From NCBI GenBank assembly GCA_943359555.1, contig CALRHW010000001.1, forward strand, positions 2,718 through 66,717: a stretch of DNA of 64,000 nt, written 5' to 3'. Source of the DNA: Parcubacteria group bacterium (GTDB taxonomy: Bacteria > Patescibacteriota > Minisyncoccia > Phycocordibacterales > CALRHW01). Of this stretch, positions 36,375 through 48,735 are shown one piece after another; within the stretch, counting starts at the first letter, position 1, and every line of letters starts with the position of its first letter. The notes beneath the pieces are model-generated. The model was not told the origin of the DNA, searched no databases, and saw nothing but the letters and a program-made list of their open reading frames with translations. Both the position numbers and the translations under genes were made by a program.

Positions 36375-37139
36375 TTAAAGAAACAATAACACAACCACCG
36401 CAAGCAAAACCCTATAAACAATAAATACATTAAGCGTGTGATTTCGTAAATATTTAATTAAAAAATGAATAGAGGCGAGACCGACGACAAACGCTGCGAG
36501 TGAGCCGACAATAAGCGAAGCATCTATTGAGCCAGTTGAGCCGAGATCAAAAAGTTTTTTTAAACCAGAGCCTAAAAGAATCGGCACTGACAGTAGGAAG
36601 CTAAAACGCACTACTTCTTCCCTTTTCATACCTGTAAGTAGACCACCAGAAATAGTGCTACCTGAGCGTGACATTCCTGGAATTAAGGCGAGCATCTGAA
36701 AACAGCCTACTAAAAATCCCCGTGTCACAGAAAGCTCTTTCGGAAAATCCTGTTTTTTTGCGCCATATTTTTCTGCAATAAAAAATAAAACACTTCCCGC
36801 AATAAGCGCCCAAGCGACAGTGTGAGCGTTTCTAAAAACAGAGTCTATTTTTTGCTCAAAAATAAATCCTAAAATAACTGCGGGTATTGTGCCGACCACA
36901 ATCGCCCAAATTAAAATTTTATTTTTTACATCACGCACACGCACGATAGTGATCAAGTCTTTCCAAAAATAAACAATGACAGCAAGAGTCGTTGCGAGCT
37001 GAAGCACTGCATCAAAAGAAAGCGAACCCACTGTTTTAAAACCTAAAACTTCTCTGATCAAAACAAGGTGTCCAGACGAGGATATAGGTAAAAACTCAGT
37101 GATTCCTTGTATTGCACCTAAAATAATCGCTTGTATCAT
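36375..37139 (-). CDS. uppP: undecaprenyl-diphosphate phosphatase
   Basis: GITEFLPISSSGHL motif and polytopic membrane topology. Confidence 0.9.
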   Translation of the reverse strand: MIQAIILGAIQGITEFLPISSSGHLVLIREVLGFKTVGSLSFDAVLQLATTLAVIVYFWKDLITIVRVRDVKNKILIWAIVVGTIPAVILGFIFEQKIDSVFRNAHTVAWALIAGSVLFFIAEKYGAKKQDFPKELSVTRGFLVGCFQMLALIPGMSRSGSTISGGLLTGMKREEVVRFSFLLSVPILLGSGLKKLFDLGSTGSIDASLIVGSLAAFVVGLASIHFLIKYLRNHTLNVFIVYRVLLAVVVLLFL

Positions 37140-37190
37140 AGTGTTAATTATATGATATAATAAAAATAATTAACAATAAAATGTAATAAT

Positions 37191-37985
37191 ATGGAGAAAA
37201 GTTTACTTACAATTCCGCTTGCAATAATCATCGCTGGAGCTATCATTGCTGGAGCTTTAGTTTATAGTAATAAAAATAAAAGTGTTGCGACAATCACAGA
37301 CCTAACACCAAAAAAAGAAGCTGTCGATATAAAAATAAGGCCTATTGATATGTCTGACCACATCCTTGGAAATCCAGACTCAAAGGTTTTACTAGTGGAA
37401 TATTCAGACACACAGTGTCCTTTTTGTAAAACTTTCCATGTAACTTTAAACAAACTTGCTTCAGAATATGGAAAAGATGGAAATTTTACTTGGGTTTATC
37501 GACATTTTCCTTTAGATGCACTTCATAAAAAAGCTAGGAATGAAGCAGGGGCTCTGGAATGTGCAGCTGACCTTGGTGGCAATAGTAAGTTTTGGGAATA
37601 TACAAATAAACTTTACGAAACTACAAAATCAAATGATAATCTTGACCCAGCGGAACTTCCAAAAATCGCCGCTGCAGTAGGATTGGATGTAAAAGCTTTC
37701 AACACCTGTTTAGCTAGTGGTAAATTTGCAGGAGCGGTAGACGAGGACGCAAAAGAAGCACAAAAAAATGGCGGAACTGGAACACCTTATAGTATGTTTG
37801 TTTTAAAATCAGATCCAAGTAAAGAGCTGAGAGATTTTTTAGAGTCTAATAATGCTCAAATAATGAAATCCTATCCGGGCTCCGATGATTTTATAGGAAT
37901 ATCAAAAGATAATAGGAAAATATTTGTGAGTGGTGCAATGCCTTACGAAATGATGAAAGCGATCGTGGATTTGATTTTGAAATAA
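37191..37985 (+). CDS. DsbA-family thiol:disulfide oxidoreductase with N-terminal TM anchor
   Basis: CPFC active site in a thioredoxin fold. Confidence 0.8.
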   Translation: MEKSLLTIPLAIIIAGAIIAGALVYSNKNKSVATITDLTPKKEAVDIKIRPIDMSDHILGNPDSKVLLVEYSDTQCPFCKTFHVTLNKLASEYGKDGNFTWVYRHFPLDALHKKARNEAGALECAADLGGNSKFWEYTNKLYETTKSNDNLDPAELPKIAAAVGLDVKAFNTCLASGKFAGAVDEDAKEAQKNGGTGTPYSMFVLKSDPSKELRDFLESNNAQIMKSYPGSDDFIGISKDNRKIFVSGAMPYEMMKAIVDLILK

Positions 37986-38028
37986 TAGACACTGGTCGCA
38001 CACTCGCGGAAAAATAAAAAATCCCCCC

Positions 38029-38064
38029 GACCCTGCCAAATGAAAATAAATTTGGCGAAGGGTC
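38029..38064. terminator. bulged hairpin, terminator-like on minus strand (T-run follows on minus)
   Basis: GACCCTGCCAAAT...ATTTGGCGAAGGGTC. The minus strand is followed by GGGGGGATTTTTTATTTTT. Confidence 0.45.
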
Positions 38065-38065
38065 A

Positions 38066-38575
38066 GAGGGATAAAGAGCCAAAGGCTCAAACTAATTTGC
38101 AAGTGTCAGTTGCGGGACAACAACACGATGACGAAATCCGGCGCACCAGATATGACCAAAACCCAATTTGTGGGCGGAGACCCTAAGACGGCTGTAGCCG
38201 TCGAAGAAGACAGACGCAACGAAGTATTCGCCTCTAACCTTGTAAAGGAAGAAAGTTGCGTCTCCGTCTGTACGGAGCCACTTTCTCTGGTGTCGCGCAA
38301 ACTCTATGATCTGACTCTGTTCCAAGCACAGGCTATCAAGGTTAGAACGAGCGCCAGTGAAAATCTGATAAAAGTTTCCATCCCTGACCAGTTCATAAAC
38401 CTCGATGTTCGTAGGACCACTTGGCTTGCTTTTGATATCACTTCCATAACTAAGGAAGTGATAGTCGATATAACTAGTGAAGACATCTTTCGCTTCTGCG
38501 ATAGCACTCTTCCCGTCTGTCGAGCGGAGCAGAAATCGTAGCAACGATAGACGCGTGCTCTGAAAACACAACTTA
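38066..38575. other. GC-rich anomalous island; candidate structured ncRNA or horizontally acquired small gene
   Basis: Its base composition is visibly GC-richer than the flanks and it has many GC-stem hairpins. Both strands are open but only from TTG, and there is no SD. The 39-nt motif sits at its right edge. Confidence 0.4.
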
Positions 38576-38591
38576 TTTATTTTTTTGTTGC

Positions 38592-39818
38592 CTAGTAATT
38601 CCTCAAACGATCAATATTCTCATGCTGTCGTATCTTTTCATGCGCCTTTGCTTCAATCTGCCTAATACGCTCACGAGTCACCCCAAACTCTTTTCCTACT
38701 TCTTCAAGAGTATGAGTAATACCGTCTACAAGTCCGTGTCGCATTTCCAATATCCTACGCTCTTTTGGAGGAAGGTCATTTAAAATTTCTTTTACTTGAT
38801 CAGAAATTATTCGTCGTGAAGAATCTTGGTCGGGCGAAAGTATCTTGTCATCAGGAATAAAATCCCCGAGAGTTGATTTACCGTCGTCACCATCGTCGCC
38901 GACAGGACTTTCAAGAGATACAGTACTCTGATCAATCTTCTCAATATTATAAATTTTGTCCACGTCCAAATTCATTTCCATCGCAACTTCTTCTGGTAAA
39001 GGATCTCGTCCTAGGTCTTGAGAAAGTCGGCGCACCACTTGCTTGTATTTTGCAATCGTTTCCACCATGTGCACTGGCACACGAATAGTACGCGACTGAT
39101 CAGCGAGTGCGCGAGTAATAGCTTGACGAATCCACCAAGTGGCATAAGTAGAAAACTTATATCCTTTTGTCCAATCAAATTTATCTACAGCTTTAAATAA
39201 TCCGAGATTTCCTTCCTGAATTAAATCAAGAAGTGTCAAGTCTGGACTTCTTCCAACATATTTTTTGGCAATTGAAACTACAAGGCGTAGGTTGGACCGA
39301 GCGAGCAGATTTTTCGCTTCGTCATCTCCTTTCTCAATTCTCTTTGCGAGTTCTTTTTCTGTCGCACCAGAAATGAGAGGATATTGACCTATTTCTTTTA
39401 AATACATTTGGATAGAATCGTATGGAGAACCCTCACCTTTATTGTAAGTATATTTTTTAACTGCAGGATCATCAGCGGGGTCTTTTGAATCAAGAAGTCC
39501 TCCTCCCTCAAGAATATCTATTCCTGCTACAGAAAGCTGAGAATATAGCTCTTCTAAAAAAAGAATATTATCTTCAATAGTTGGAAATTCCTTTAGAATT
39601 TCATCATAAGTAATGAAACCTCGCTCTTTACCTTTAGCGAGAAGTTGTTTTACGCCATGGTCAGATTTTTGAGATTTTTTTGCTGATACTCTAGATTTGG
39701 GTTTTTTTGCGGTGGCAGATTTTTTGGTTTTTGCTGAAGCCGACTTTTTGCCAGACATAGTTTTTTTCACTTTTTTCACAGCTTGCTTTTTATTTTTTGT
39801 TTTTTTATTTTTTTTCAT
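38592..39818 (-). CDS. rpoD: RNA polymerase primary sigma factor
   Basis: Regions 1.2-4 are present ([16 protein letters not shown]; [14 protein letters not shown]). Lys-rich basic N-terminus. Confidence 0.9.
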   Translation of the reverse strand: MKKNKKTKNKKQAVKKVKKTMSGKKSASAKTKKSATAKKPKSRVSAKKSQKSDHGVKQLLAKGKERGFITYDEILKEFPTIEDNILFLEELYSQLSVAGIDILEGGGLLDSKDPADDPAVKKYTYNKGEGSPYDSIQMYLKEIGQYPLISGATEKELAKRIEKGDDEAKNLLARSNLRLVVSIAKKYVGRSPDLTLLDLIQEGNLGLFKAVDKFDWTKGYKFSTYATWWIRQAITRALADQSRTIRVPVHMVETIAKYKQVVRRLSQDLGRDPLPEEVAMEMNLDVDKIYNIEKIDQSTVSLESPVGDDGDDGKSTLGDFIPDDKILSPDQDSSRRIISDQVKEILNDLPPKERRILEMRHGLVDGITHTLEEVGKEFGVTRERIRQIEAKAHEKIRQHENIDRLRNY

Positions 39819-39837
39819 ATTTGTATTTTTATTTAAA

Positions 39838-41589
39838 TTATTGTTTTTTTGGTAAAGCTGTTATTTTTTTTGATAATTCTTGGCAAACTTCTAGCAATTT
39901 TTTTACCTTTTCTACGTTTTTGTTTTTTTCCGCAACTCCAAGCTCGGTCATCACTTTTGTAAACTCTTCTTTCAAACGTTCTTCTTGCAGATTCATAAAA
40001 AGTTCGTCTATTTCTGCTGTGAGTGTTTCGCTGTTGTTATAATACGATTCTATCTCAAAAATCAGCTCGCTTTTTGTGGGTTCAAGCTCGGCGAGTAGTT
40101 TTGAGACTGACTCTTCGCCCACTATGTCTTTTAGTTTTTGTAAAAGTTCGGCGGATTTTATGTGAGGACTAGACACACTTTCTTGCCACATTTTTATTCC
40201 GAGTATCTTTTTTTCAATTGAATTTTTACGAAAAGATGGATCGGCTTGCCTGGAATTCGAAACCTCTCGTTTAATATCATTATTTTGGGGTAATTTCTCT
40301 AGGTCTTCCCAAATTATTGCTTCTTTGATATATATCTTTTTTTTGTTTGCTAAATCATCAGCTAATTTTCTAGTATATGTTGACTGTTCGATTTTAGACC
40401 GCACCAATGCAATCCGTGGAAGTATCTTCTCTTTAATCTGTTGTCTAATTTCATTTTCACTCATATTTTGTTCAAACAAACGATCTATACAGAAATAAAT
40501 GTATTCTCTTGATTCCGTTAATATTTTTTTCCAAATATCTAAATCATTTTTTATAAGCTCTGCAGGATCAGTGCCTTTTGGTAAAATAGCAACTTTTACT
40601 TCCATACCTAATGAAATGGCCATCTGTGCACCTTTATCTGCAGCAGATAAACCAGCTGAATCTCCATCAAAAACAATTTTTATATTATTTGAAAGACGTC
40701 CCAGCTTACCAAGATGCTCGGCAGTAAAAGCTGTGCCAGAAGAAGCGATAGTGTTGCCAAACCCAGCTTGATGTGCCATTACGAGATCCATTTGCCCCTC
40801 TACGAGCACACAGTAATCTTTCCGACGGATATCTACTTTTGCTTTGTGTAAGCCGTAAAGTGTCTGTGATTTGTTGAAAAGAATTGTTTCTGGGGTGTTT
40901 AAATATTTTGGTGACTTGCCGTCATCTACAAGAATTCTTCCTGAAAACGCAATCACTTTCCCCGCGACATCAAAGATAGGAAAAACTATTCGTCCGCGAA
41001 ATACGTCATAATATTCGCCCGGACGTTTGTCGCTTTTTTTGATCAAGCCCACACGTTCAAGCTCTGGTTTTGTAAAACCTTTTCCCAGCAGAAAATCGTG
41101 TAGCTCTTGCCACGCATTCGGCGCGTAACCAATTGACCATTCTTTTATACTTTCTTCTGTGAGTCCGCGTCCGAGTAAATAATTTTTTGCATCAGCATTT
41201 TCAGAAAATTTTTTCTGAAAAAAGAAAGTTGCCTGCGCAAGCACAGAATACAAACGATCTTTTTCACTTCGCTCGGCGACATTTTCGTGTCCAAGCTCTA
41301 CTCCAGCACGTAAAGCTAGATTTTTCAAAGCACCACGAAAATCTAGTCCTTCAAACTCCTGAACAAAAGTAAAAATATCGCCTTTTGCACCACAACCAAA
41401 ACAATAATAAGTGCCTCTATCTGGTGAAATGAAAAACGACGGAGTTTTTTCATTATGAAACGGACACTTTCCCTTAAAATTTCCGCCAGCTTTTTCAAGT
41501 TTAATATACGAAGCGACAATGTCGGCGATATCAAGCTTTTCTTTTATTTGATCTACAGAGGATGACATAAATTTTTTCAAACTAGCCAA
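39838..41589 (-). CDS. dnaG: DNA primase
   Basis: Zn ribbon [11 protein letters not shown]...[23 protein letters not shown], and DnaG RNA polymerase core. Confidence 0.9.
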   Translation of the reverse strand: MASLKKFMSSSVDQIKEKLDIADIVASYIKLEKAGGNFKGKCPFHNEKTPSFFISPDRGTYYCFGCGAKGDIFTFVQEFEGLDFRGALKNLALRAGVELGHENVAERSEKDRLYSVLAQATFFFQKKFSENADAKNYLLGRGLTEESIKEWSIGYAPNAWQELHDFLLGKGFTKPELERVGLIKKSDKRPGEYYDVFRGRIVFPIFDVAGKVIAFSGRILVDDGKSPKYLNTPETILFNKSQTLYGLHKAKVDIRRKDYCVLVEGQMDLVMAHQAGFGNTIASSGTAFTAEHLGKLGRLSNNIKIVFDGDSAGLSAADKGAQMAISLGMEVKVAILPKGTDPAELIKNDLDIWKKILTESREYIYFCIDRLFEQNMSENEIRQQIKEKILPRIALVRSKIEQSTYTRKLADDLANKKKIYIKEAIIWEDLEKLPQNNDIKREVSNSRQADPSFRKNSIEKKILGIKMWQESVSSPHIKSAELLQKLKDIVGEESVSKLLAELEPTKSELIFEIESYYNNSETLTAEIDELFMNLQEERLKEEFTKVMTELGVAEKNKNVEKVKKLLEVCQELSKKITALPKKQ

Positions 41590-41620
41590 CCCGAAACACG
41601 ATTATCGCACGGGGTTCGCA

Positions 41621-44600
41621 CTACTCACTCTGTATTTTTTCAATCATCTTTTGCTTTGGACTTCCTACAAAACCTGTTCCAGCAGGAATCAAGCGGCCGA
41701 TAATAACATTTTCTTTTAGACCAATGAGCTTGTCTGTGTTTCCTCTGATAGCGCCGTTGATAAGTACTTTTGTGGTGTGTTGGAATGAAGCGGCTGAAAG
41801 GAAACTCTTTCGTGAAAGTGACACTTCTGTAATACCCATCACGACAGGTTCTGATTTTGCTTCCTCCAAGCCAGCTGTGCGGGCGATTTTATTTTCAGCT
41901 GAAAACTCTGAAGCTTCTACCACATCGCCCACAGAAAGTCCCGTGCTTCCTTTTTCTTTTATCTTGCGTCGTCCAAACATTTGTCGCACGATGACTTCAA
42001 TGTGTTTTCTAGAAACAGCTTCTCCTTGAAGTTCGTAGAGTTTATTAATTTCACGAATGATATAGTTTTCTGCTTTTTCTTTTCCAGCGTATTTGAAGAG
42101 CTCGTCTATGTCTGCAGAACCGTCGGTAAACATTTCGCCTTTCACCACCCTGTCGCCTACTTTTACCATAATCATACGCTGAATACTCACTGGGTATTCT
42201 ATTTCACCCTTTGTTTTTAATTTTGATTTGTCAGAAATTTCAGGAAGCACTACAATCTTTTTGTCTGCGCCAGTGTTTTCTACTTTTACCACAACGCCAT
42301 CTACATGACTTATGACAGCAGGATTTTTTGGTTTTCGTTTTTCAAAAACTTCTTCCACGCGAGGAAGACCTTGAGTAATATCTCCACCGACAGACGCTGT
42401 ACCTCCAGCGTGAAATGTACGCATTGTCAGCTGTGTTCCCGGCTCACCGATAGCTTGTGCCGCGACAGTTCCCACTGCTTCACCAAGGTCAATGATTTTA
42501 TGTTTTCCGAGATCTGCTCCGTAACATTTTACACAAACGCCAGTCGGAGTTTTACAAATAAGTGGTGAACGCACGACAACTTCTTGTATTCCTTCTTTGT
42601 CTATAATGAGCGCGTTTTCTTTTGTAAGAAAATCACCTTTTGTGAAAAGCACTTTTCCGCTCGCGTTTACTACGTCTTCAGCGAGGAAACGTCCTTTGCA
42701 ATTGCGAGAAAGTGGGATTTCAATTCCTGATGCATTATCTTTATTAAGCTTGATGCCTTCTTTGGAACCACAATCTTCTTCGGTAATGATAGCGTCTTGA
42801 GCGACATCAAAAAGTCTACGAGTAAGGTACCCTGCTTTTGCAGTGTTGAGCGCTGTGTCAGTAAGACCTTTTCTAGAACCGTGAGTTGTGATGAAATATT
42901 CAAGTGGACTTAGACCCTCTTTACTACAAGAAATGATTGGAAATTCAATAGTGTTTCCAGCGGTATTTTGAATAAGACCTTTCATTCCCACCATTTGAGT
43001 AATATTACCGACAGAACCTCTCGCTCCAGAATTTATCATATCGTATACAGAACCGTGTTTTTCTAAAGTTCCGGGAATAAGTTTTTCAATTTCATTTTTT
43101 GCTCCGTGCCAAATTTCAATATTTTTTCGCAGTCTTTCTTCTTCAGAAATAAAACCAGAATTATATTGATCCACTATTTGATCTGATTTAGCTTTTGCGG
43201 CACTTATTACAGCGTTTTTTCCTTCAGGCACAAGCACGTCATCAATTCCCCATGTTACGCCAGAATATGTGGCATACTCAAAACCAAAAGCCTTTATGTT
43301 GTCCATAATAGGAGGAATATTTTCAATTCCGTATTTTTCAATGAGATCGTCAATGAGCACGCCCATTTTTTTACGATCAATTTCAGTGTTGATGTAAGGA
43401 TAATCAGCAGGCAAAACACTGTTGAAAAGTAGGCGACCAATAGATGACTCAAAAATCTTTCCCTCAAATGCTTTGTATTTTATTTCTTCTGTTGGCAATA
43501 CTTTTATTTTTGCTCTAAAACCAGCACCGTCGTAACTGAAAGCTCGGATAGCACTTGTGGGACTTTCAAAATGTTTTCCTTCACCGTTTTCTCCATCAAT
43601 AATCTTGGTCATCCAATAACATCCAAGCACAATATCCAGCTTGTCAATAGAAGCAACAAGGTTTCCACTTCCTGGTTTTAGAATATTTTTATCAGAAGCC
43701 ATTATGTCGCGAGCTTCTGCCTGCGCTTCAATAGAAAGCGGAACGTGCACCGCCATCTGATCGCCGTCAAAGTCGGCGTTGAACGCTGTACATACAAGTG
43801 GGTGCACTTTTATCGCGTTTCCTTCAATCAAAATTGGTTTGAAAGCCTGAATACCGAGACGATGCAAAGTAGGGGCACGATTTAGAAGAACATATTTATC
43901 TTTTATCACTTCTTCAAGAATAGCCCAGACTTCTGCAATACCGTCTTCAATGAGTCGGCTTGCTCCGCGAATGTTGTATGCGAGTTCGTGCTTTATAAGC
44001 TCTGAAATTATAAATGGTTTAAAAAGTTCAAGAGCCATGTGTTTTGGAAGACCGCATTGATTTAGCTTTAATTCAGGACCAACGACGATCACAGAACGTC
44101 CAGAATAATCCACACGTTTCCCGAGAAGATTTGCTCGGAAAAGACCTCGCTTGCCTTTTAGATTGTCGGCGAGAGATTTTAGCGGACGACGCTGTGACTG
44201 ATTTACAGCTGAAGAAGGCGAGTTGCCGTGACGAATAGAATTATCAATCAGAGAATCCACTGCCTCTTGCAAGATTCTTTTCTCGTTTCGCAAAATAACT
44301 TCTGGCGCACCGATTTCTTTGAGTTTTTTGAGACGATTGTTTCGGTTGATAACGCGTCTGTAAAGATCGTTTACATCAGATGTAGCATAACGCCCACCAT
44401 CAAGCGGAACCATCGGCCTTAGCGCTGGTGGAATAACAGGAATACGAGTCATAAACATCCACTCTGGTCGCACGCCAGTTTTTATCATTGAACGCACAAG
44501 AGAAAGGCGTTTGTTTAGTTTTTCTATTTCAATAGCGCCCGCCGTTTCGTGACTTTTTACAAGAGCGCTTTCAAGAGCTGGAAGGTCAATACTTTTGAAA

Positions 44601-45292
44601 ATTTTGTAAATTGCCTCCGCACCAATTCCCGCCTCAAAAAGCGTTCCGTATTTTACAGAAAAATTGTGATACTCTACTTCATCAAGCACGCGTCCTTTCT
44701 GCACACTTTCAATGTCTTTTTTTGCAGTGACGAGCATTTCTTTTATCGCTTCTTTTGTCTTGTCGTCTTGAACAGATTTTATTTTTGACTTAAATTCAGA
44801 ATCCAAATCTTTAAGAATGTGAAGTCGCTCTGGTTCAGAAACATTTGTAATGATGTATCCAGCAAAATAAATAACTTTTTCCAAATCTGAAGTAGGAATA
44901 CCTAAAATCATACTGATACGAGATGGCATACTTCGCAAAAACCAAATGTGTGAAACTGGTGTCGCAAGCTCTATGTGTCCCATTCTTTCACGACGCACGA
45001 TAGAACGCGTGATTTCTACTCCACATTTTTCACAGACCACTCCTTTGTAACGAATTCCGCGATATTTTCCACAGTAACATTCATAATCCTTATCTGGACC
45101 AAAAATCTTTTCATCAAAAAGACCGCTTCGCTCACTACGCTGTGTTCGGTAATTGATAGTTTCTGGTTTTGTAACTTCGCCAAAAGACCACTCTTTTATT
45201 TTTTCTGGAGACGCAAGCTTTAAAGTGATCATATCAAAATCTACTTGTGGATAACGCATATTTTTATTTTTTACTGTATATTTTGTATTCAT
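41621..45292 (-). CDS. rpoC: DNA-directed RNA polymerase subunit beta'
   Basis: Zn-binding CYCGKYRG...CEKCGVE and NADFDGD catalytic motif. Length 1223 aa. Confidence 0.95.
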   Translation of the reverse strand: MNTKYTVKNKNMRYPQVDFDMITLKLASPEKIKEWSFGEVTKPETINYRTQRSERSGLFDEKIFGPDKDYECYCGKYRGIRYKGVVCEKCGVEITRSIVRRERMGHIELATPVSHIWFLRSMPSRISMILGIPTSDLEKVIYFAGYIITNVSEPERLHILKDLDSEFKSKIKSVQDDKTKEAIKEMLVTAKKDIESVQKGRVLDEVEYHNFSVKYGTLFEAGIGAEAIYKIFKSIDLPALESALVKSHETAGAIEIEKLNKRLSLVRSMIKTGVRPEWMFMTRIPVIPPALRPMVPLDGGRYATSDVNDLYRRVINRNNRLKKLKEIGAPEVILRNEKRILQEAVDSLIDNSIRHGNSPSSAVNQSQRRPLKSLADNLKGKRGLFRANLLGKRVDYSGRSVIVVGPELKLNQCGLPKHMALELFKPFIISELIKHELAYNIRGASRLIEDGIAEVWAILEEVIKDKYVLLNRAPTLHRLGIQAFKPILIEGNAIKVHPLVCTAFNADFDGDQMAVHVPLSIEAQAEARDIMASDKNILKPGSGNLVASIDKLDIVLGCYWMTKIIDGENGEGKHFESPTSAIRAFSYDGAGFRAKIKVLPTEEIKYKAFEGKIFESSIGRLLFNSVLPADYPYINTEIDRKKMGVLIDDLIEKYGIENIPPIMDNIKAFGFEYATYSGVTWGIDDVLVPEGKNAVISAAKAKSDQIVDQYNSGFISEEERLRKNIEIWHGAKNEIEKLIPGTLEKHGSVYDMINSGARGSVGNITQMVGMKGLIQNTAGNTIEFPIISCSKEGLSPLEYFITTHGSRKGLTDTALNTAKAGYLTRRLFDVAQDAIITEEDCGSKEGIKLNKDNASGIEIPLSRNCKGRFLAEDVVNASGKVLFTKGDFLTKENALIIDKEGIQEVVVRSPLICKTPTGVCVKCYGADLGKHKIIDLGEAVGTVAAQAIGEPGTQLTMRTFHAGGTASVGGDITQGLPRVEEVFEKRKPKNPAVISHVDGVVVKVENTGADKKIVVLPEISDKSKLKTKGEIEYPVSIQRMIMVKVGDRVVKGEMFTDGSADIDELFKYAGKEKAENYIIREINKLYELQGEAVSRKHIEVIVRQMFGRRKIKEKGSTGLSVGDVVEASEFSAENKIARTAGLEEAKSEPVVMGITEVSLSRKSFLSAASFQHTTKVLINGAIRGNTDKLIGLKENVIIGRLIPAGTGFVGSPKQKMIEKIQSE

Positions 45293-45319
45293 ATTTTTGT
45301 TTTATTTGGTGGAGTAATT

Positions 45320-48300
45320 TTATTCGTCTGAGTCTTCTTCTGCTTGCGACCTTTTTGGCACTTTTAGATCAATATCAAGTCCGATTCCACGAAGATTATT
45401 AAGAAGCACATTAAATGAAGCTGGCGTATTTGGCTCGCCGATTCTTTCACCTTTTACTATTGCATCAAATGCAGCTGAACGTCCGATAATATCATCAGAT
45501 TTTATTGTAAGCATTTCTCGTAAAGTATAAGCCGCGCCGTGACCGAGTAGAGCCCACACTTCCATTTCTCCAAATCTCTGTCCTCCACCTTGTGCCTTTC
45601 CTCCGAGCGGTTGCTGAGTAATGAGAGAGTAAGGTCCGATAGAACGCATGTGAATTTTGTCTTCTACCATGTGATGGAGTTTCATTATGTACATATAACC
45701 CACGGCGATTTCTTGGTTGAAAGCCACACCTGTGCGTCCGTCAAAGAGTTTCATTTTGCCGTTTTCACTAAAGCCTGCTTTTTTCAATTCTTCTTTTACT
45801 TCTTTACCAGTCGCGCCTGTAAATGGAGGAATAATAGCTTGGTAGTTGAGAGTATGCGCCGCAAGTCCTAGGTGCAATTCCAAAATCTGTCCGAGATTCA
45901 TACGTGATGGCACACCAAGCGGTGTCAAAATAATATCTATCGGAGTACCGTCTGCCATATACGGCATATCTTCTTCTGGAAGAATTCTTGAAATAACTCC
46001 CTTGTTTCCGTGTCGTCCAGCGAGCTTGTCACCGACTGATACTGTACGGAGTTGTGCGACTTCAATATGAATTCTTTTTATAATTCCGCTCTCTAGCTTG
46101 TCGCCTTTTTCACGAGAGAAAACTTGCACATTTATAATACGTCCACGCTTTCCTCCTTCCATTCTTTTTGATGTATCTTTTACATCGCGAGCTTTTTCAC
46201 CGAAAAGTGAACGAAGTAGTCGCTCTTCTGGAGTAAGTTGAGTTTCGCCTTTTGGAGTAATTTTTCCTACAAGAATATCACCAGAACGCACCTCTGCTCC
46301 TACGCGTATGATTCCGTCTTCTGCGAGATTTTTGAGTTTTCCTTCACCGACGTTTGGGATGTCGCATGTGGTCACTTCTGGTCCGAGTTTTGTATCACGC
46401 ACGTTTACGACAAACTCTTCAATATGAATTGAGCTAAATTTACTTTCTTTTACAAGTCTTTCTGACACGATAATCGCGTCTTCATAATTTGATCCAGACC
46501 ATGACATAAAGGCGACTAAAATATTTTGTCCAAGTGCCATTTGTCCGCGATCACTTGATGAATTGTCTACTATCACCTGCCCTTTTTTCACTTTATCGCC
46601 GACATTTACCGCTGGTCGCTGATAGAAAGCAGTGAAGCCGTTTGTTCGTGAAAAGTTTACGAGTTTGTATTCACGCACCTTTCCTTTTTCATTTTTGATA
46701 ATGATTTTTTTTGCGTCTGAATGGGTGACTGTTCCCGCTTCGCCTGCGATAAGGAGTCGTCCTGTGTCCATTACTGCTCGGTCTTCAATACCTGTTGCTA
46801 CGAGTGGTGCTTCAGGAACGATACAAGGAGTGGCTTGTTTTTGCATATTTGATCCCATGAGTGCGCGATTGGCATCGTCGTGGTTTAAAAATGGAATCAT
46901 TGAGGTTGCGACAGAAAAGGCCTGATTGGTTGCAACATCTATAAAATCCACCTGATCTTTTGGTACAAGTCCTGGTTTTCCTTTTATGCGCACTTCTACA
47001 TCTTCTTCTATTATTTTTCCGCTCTCGTCAGTCGTCGTTGCGGCGTGAGCGATTTTGTAAAGTTCTTCTTCAAGAGCATTCATATAAATAATCTCGTCAG
47101 TCACTTTTCCATTTTTTACTTTTGCGTAAGGAGTTTCAATCATTCCGAACTCATTTATACGAGCATAAAGCGCAAGACGTAAAATAAGACCGATGTTTGG
47201 ACCTTCAGGTGTGTGGATAGGACAAAGTCTGCCGTAATGAGACGTATGCACGTCGCGTACTTCAAAACCCGCGCGTGAACGATTGAGTCCTCCCGGCCCG
47301 AGAGCTGAAAGAGTTCGTAAATGTTCTAGTTCTTCTAGAGCATTTGTCTGTTGCATAAATTGTGAAAGTTGATTTGTTGTGAAAAATTCTTTGATGCGGG
47401 CTTGAAGCGGTTTTGGACTGATAAATTGAACAGGAAGTGTCACATCAGTATCTACTGTAGACATTCTGTTTTGAATATTTCGTTTTATTTGCGCCATACC
47501 CATTCGGATTTTTTGCTGAAAAAGCTCGCCTACATATCGCACACGACGTGAACCGAGATGATCAATGTCGTCTTCGTGCGCATCTTCTGTATTGTTTAAG
47601 GTTACGATATTTGAAACGATAGTTTTCATATCGTCCAAAGAAATAGTCTTTTGTGCGCGAGCTTTTTCATCAATAGGTTTTCCAAATCGCTGATTGAATC
47701 TAAAACGTCCCACTGGAGAAAGGTCGTATCGGTCTTTACTGAAAATAGAGAGGACAAATTCTTTTGCGTTTTCTACCGCAGCTAGATCGCCGTCACGAAG
47801 CTTTTTGTAGATCTCTACATAAGATTCGTCTAGAGTTTTTGCATGGTCTTTTGCAAGCGACTTTTCAAGGTAAGTTTTTGCAAATTCATTATCTTTACAA
47901 AGCGACAAAATATCCTTATCTGTAGTCGCGCCAAGGACACGAAGAAGAGATGTGATTGGGAATTTTCGTTTTTTATCCACGCGCACATAAAGCACGTTTT
48001 CCGCATCAGTTTCAATTTCAATCCAAGCACCACGCGATGGAATGATTTTTGCACCGAAAAGTATGCGTCCTTTTACCTCTTGAGATGTAAAGAAAACTCC
48101 GAAAGAACGTGCAAGCTGAGGCACGATAACACGTTCAATTCCAGAAACGATAAAAGTACCGTGAGCGGTCATAAGTGGAAAATCTGCTAGGAAAATTTCC
48201 TGCTCTTTTGCAGTTTTTAAAATATGATTTGTGAGTTTTACTTTTACTTTGAGCGGAGCTTCGTAAGACATCTTGTTGTCTTTTGCATAATATTCGTCGT

Positions 48301-48562
48301 ATTTTGGGGCGCTCAATTCAAAGCCAGTAAAATCTAGCTGAAACTTTTTTTCTGAATAATCTTTTATTGAAGAAAATTCATCAAAAATTTCTTTGAGTCC
48401 TTTTTCAATAAGCCAAGTAAATGAAGTCATTTGTGACTCCACAAGATTTGGCATTGGTGCAAGTGGCTTTTTAAAACGACCGAAAAACTTTTTCTCTCGG
48501 GGTGTATGTGCCCCGGTATTTATTTGTGGTGTCATATAAATGAAAAAATGGCGGAAAGCCAA
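45320..48562 (-). CDS. rpoB: DNA-directed RNA polymerase subunit beta
   Basis: Conserved beta-subunit segments throughout. A TTG start at 48562 is preceded by AGAGGTG; an alternative ATG lies at 48535. Confidence 0.95.
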   Translation of the reverse strand: MAFRHFFIYMTPQINTGAHTPREKKFFGRFKKPLAPMPNLVESQMTSFTWLIEKGLKEIFDEFSSIKDYSEKKFQLDFTGFELSAPKYDEYYAKDNKMSYEAPLKVKVKLTNHILKTAKEQEIFLADFPLMTAHGTFIVSGIERVIVPQLARSFGVFFTSQEVKGRILFGAKIIPSRGAWIEIETDAENVLYVRVDKKRKFPITSLLRVLGATTDKDILSLCKDNEFAKTYLEKSLAKDHAKTLDESYVEIYKKLRDGDLAAVENAKEFVLSIFSKDRYDLSPVGRFRFNQRFGKPIDEKARAQKTISLDDMKTIVSNIVTLNNTEDAHEDDIDHLGSRRVRYVGELFQQKIRMGMAQIKRNIQNRMSTVDTDVTLPVQFISPKPLQARIKEFFTTNQLSQFMQQTNALEELEHLRTLSALGPGGLNRSRAGFEVRDVHTSHYGRLCPIHTPEGPNIGLILRLALYARINEFGMIETPYAKVKNGKVTDEIIYMNALEEELYKIAHAATTTDESGKIIEEDVEVRIKGKPGLVPKDQVDFIDVATNQAFSVATSMIPFLNHDDANRALMGSNMQKQATPCIVPEAPLVATGIEDRAVMDTGRLLIAGEAGTVTHSDAKKIIIKNEKGKVREYKLVNFSRTNGFTAFYQRPAVNVGDKVKKGQVIVDNSSSDRGQMALGQNILVAFMSWSGSNYEDAIIVSERLVKESKFSSIHIEEFVVNVRDTKLGPEVTTCDIPNVGEGKLKNLAEDGIIRVGAEVRSGDILVGKITPKGETQLTPEERLLRSLFGEKARDVKDTSKRMEGGKRGRIINVQVFSREKGDKLESGIIKRIHIEVAQLRTVSVGDKLAGRHGNKGVISRILPEEDMPYMADGTPIDIILTPLGVPSRMNLGQILELHLGLAAHTLNYQAIIPPFTGATGKEVKEELKKAGFSENGKMKLFDGRTGVAFNQEIAVGYMYIMKLHHMVEDKIHMRSIGPYSLITQQPLGGKAQGGGQRFGEMEVWALLGHGAAYTLREMLTIKSDDIIGRSAAFDAIVKGERIGEPNTPASFNVLLNNLRGIGLDIDLKVPKRSQAEEDSDE

Positions 48563-48735
48563 AAACCACCTCTTGTAAAGGTGTCTTTATAATTGGGTTA
48601 CTAATTTATCTATTGTATGTAGGCAAGGTGTGCGAAATACAACTACTAAACTTTGCACCTACGGTCGTAACTCAATCTATGCAATTAGGAATAGTATAGA
48701 TGTGGGGTAGTTTTTTGTCAACAACATCTAGACAG

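Noticed and set aside
38092-38571. 159-aa minus ORF and 143-aa plus ORF in the GC island as genuine proteins
   Set aside because: Both start at TTG with no SD, the minus ORF has no Met after the initiator, and they overlap antisense almost fully. Double-open frames are expected by chance in GC-richer DNA. I kept them only as alternatives in the finding.
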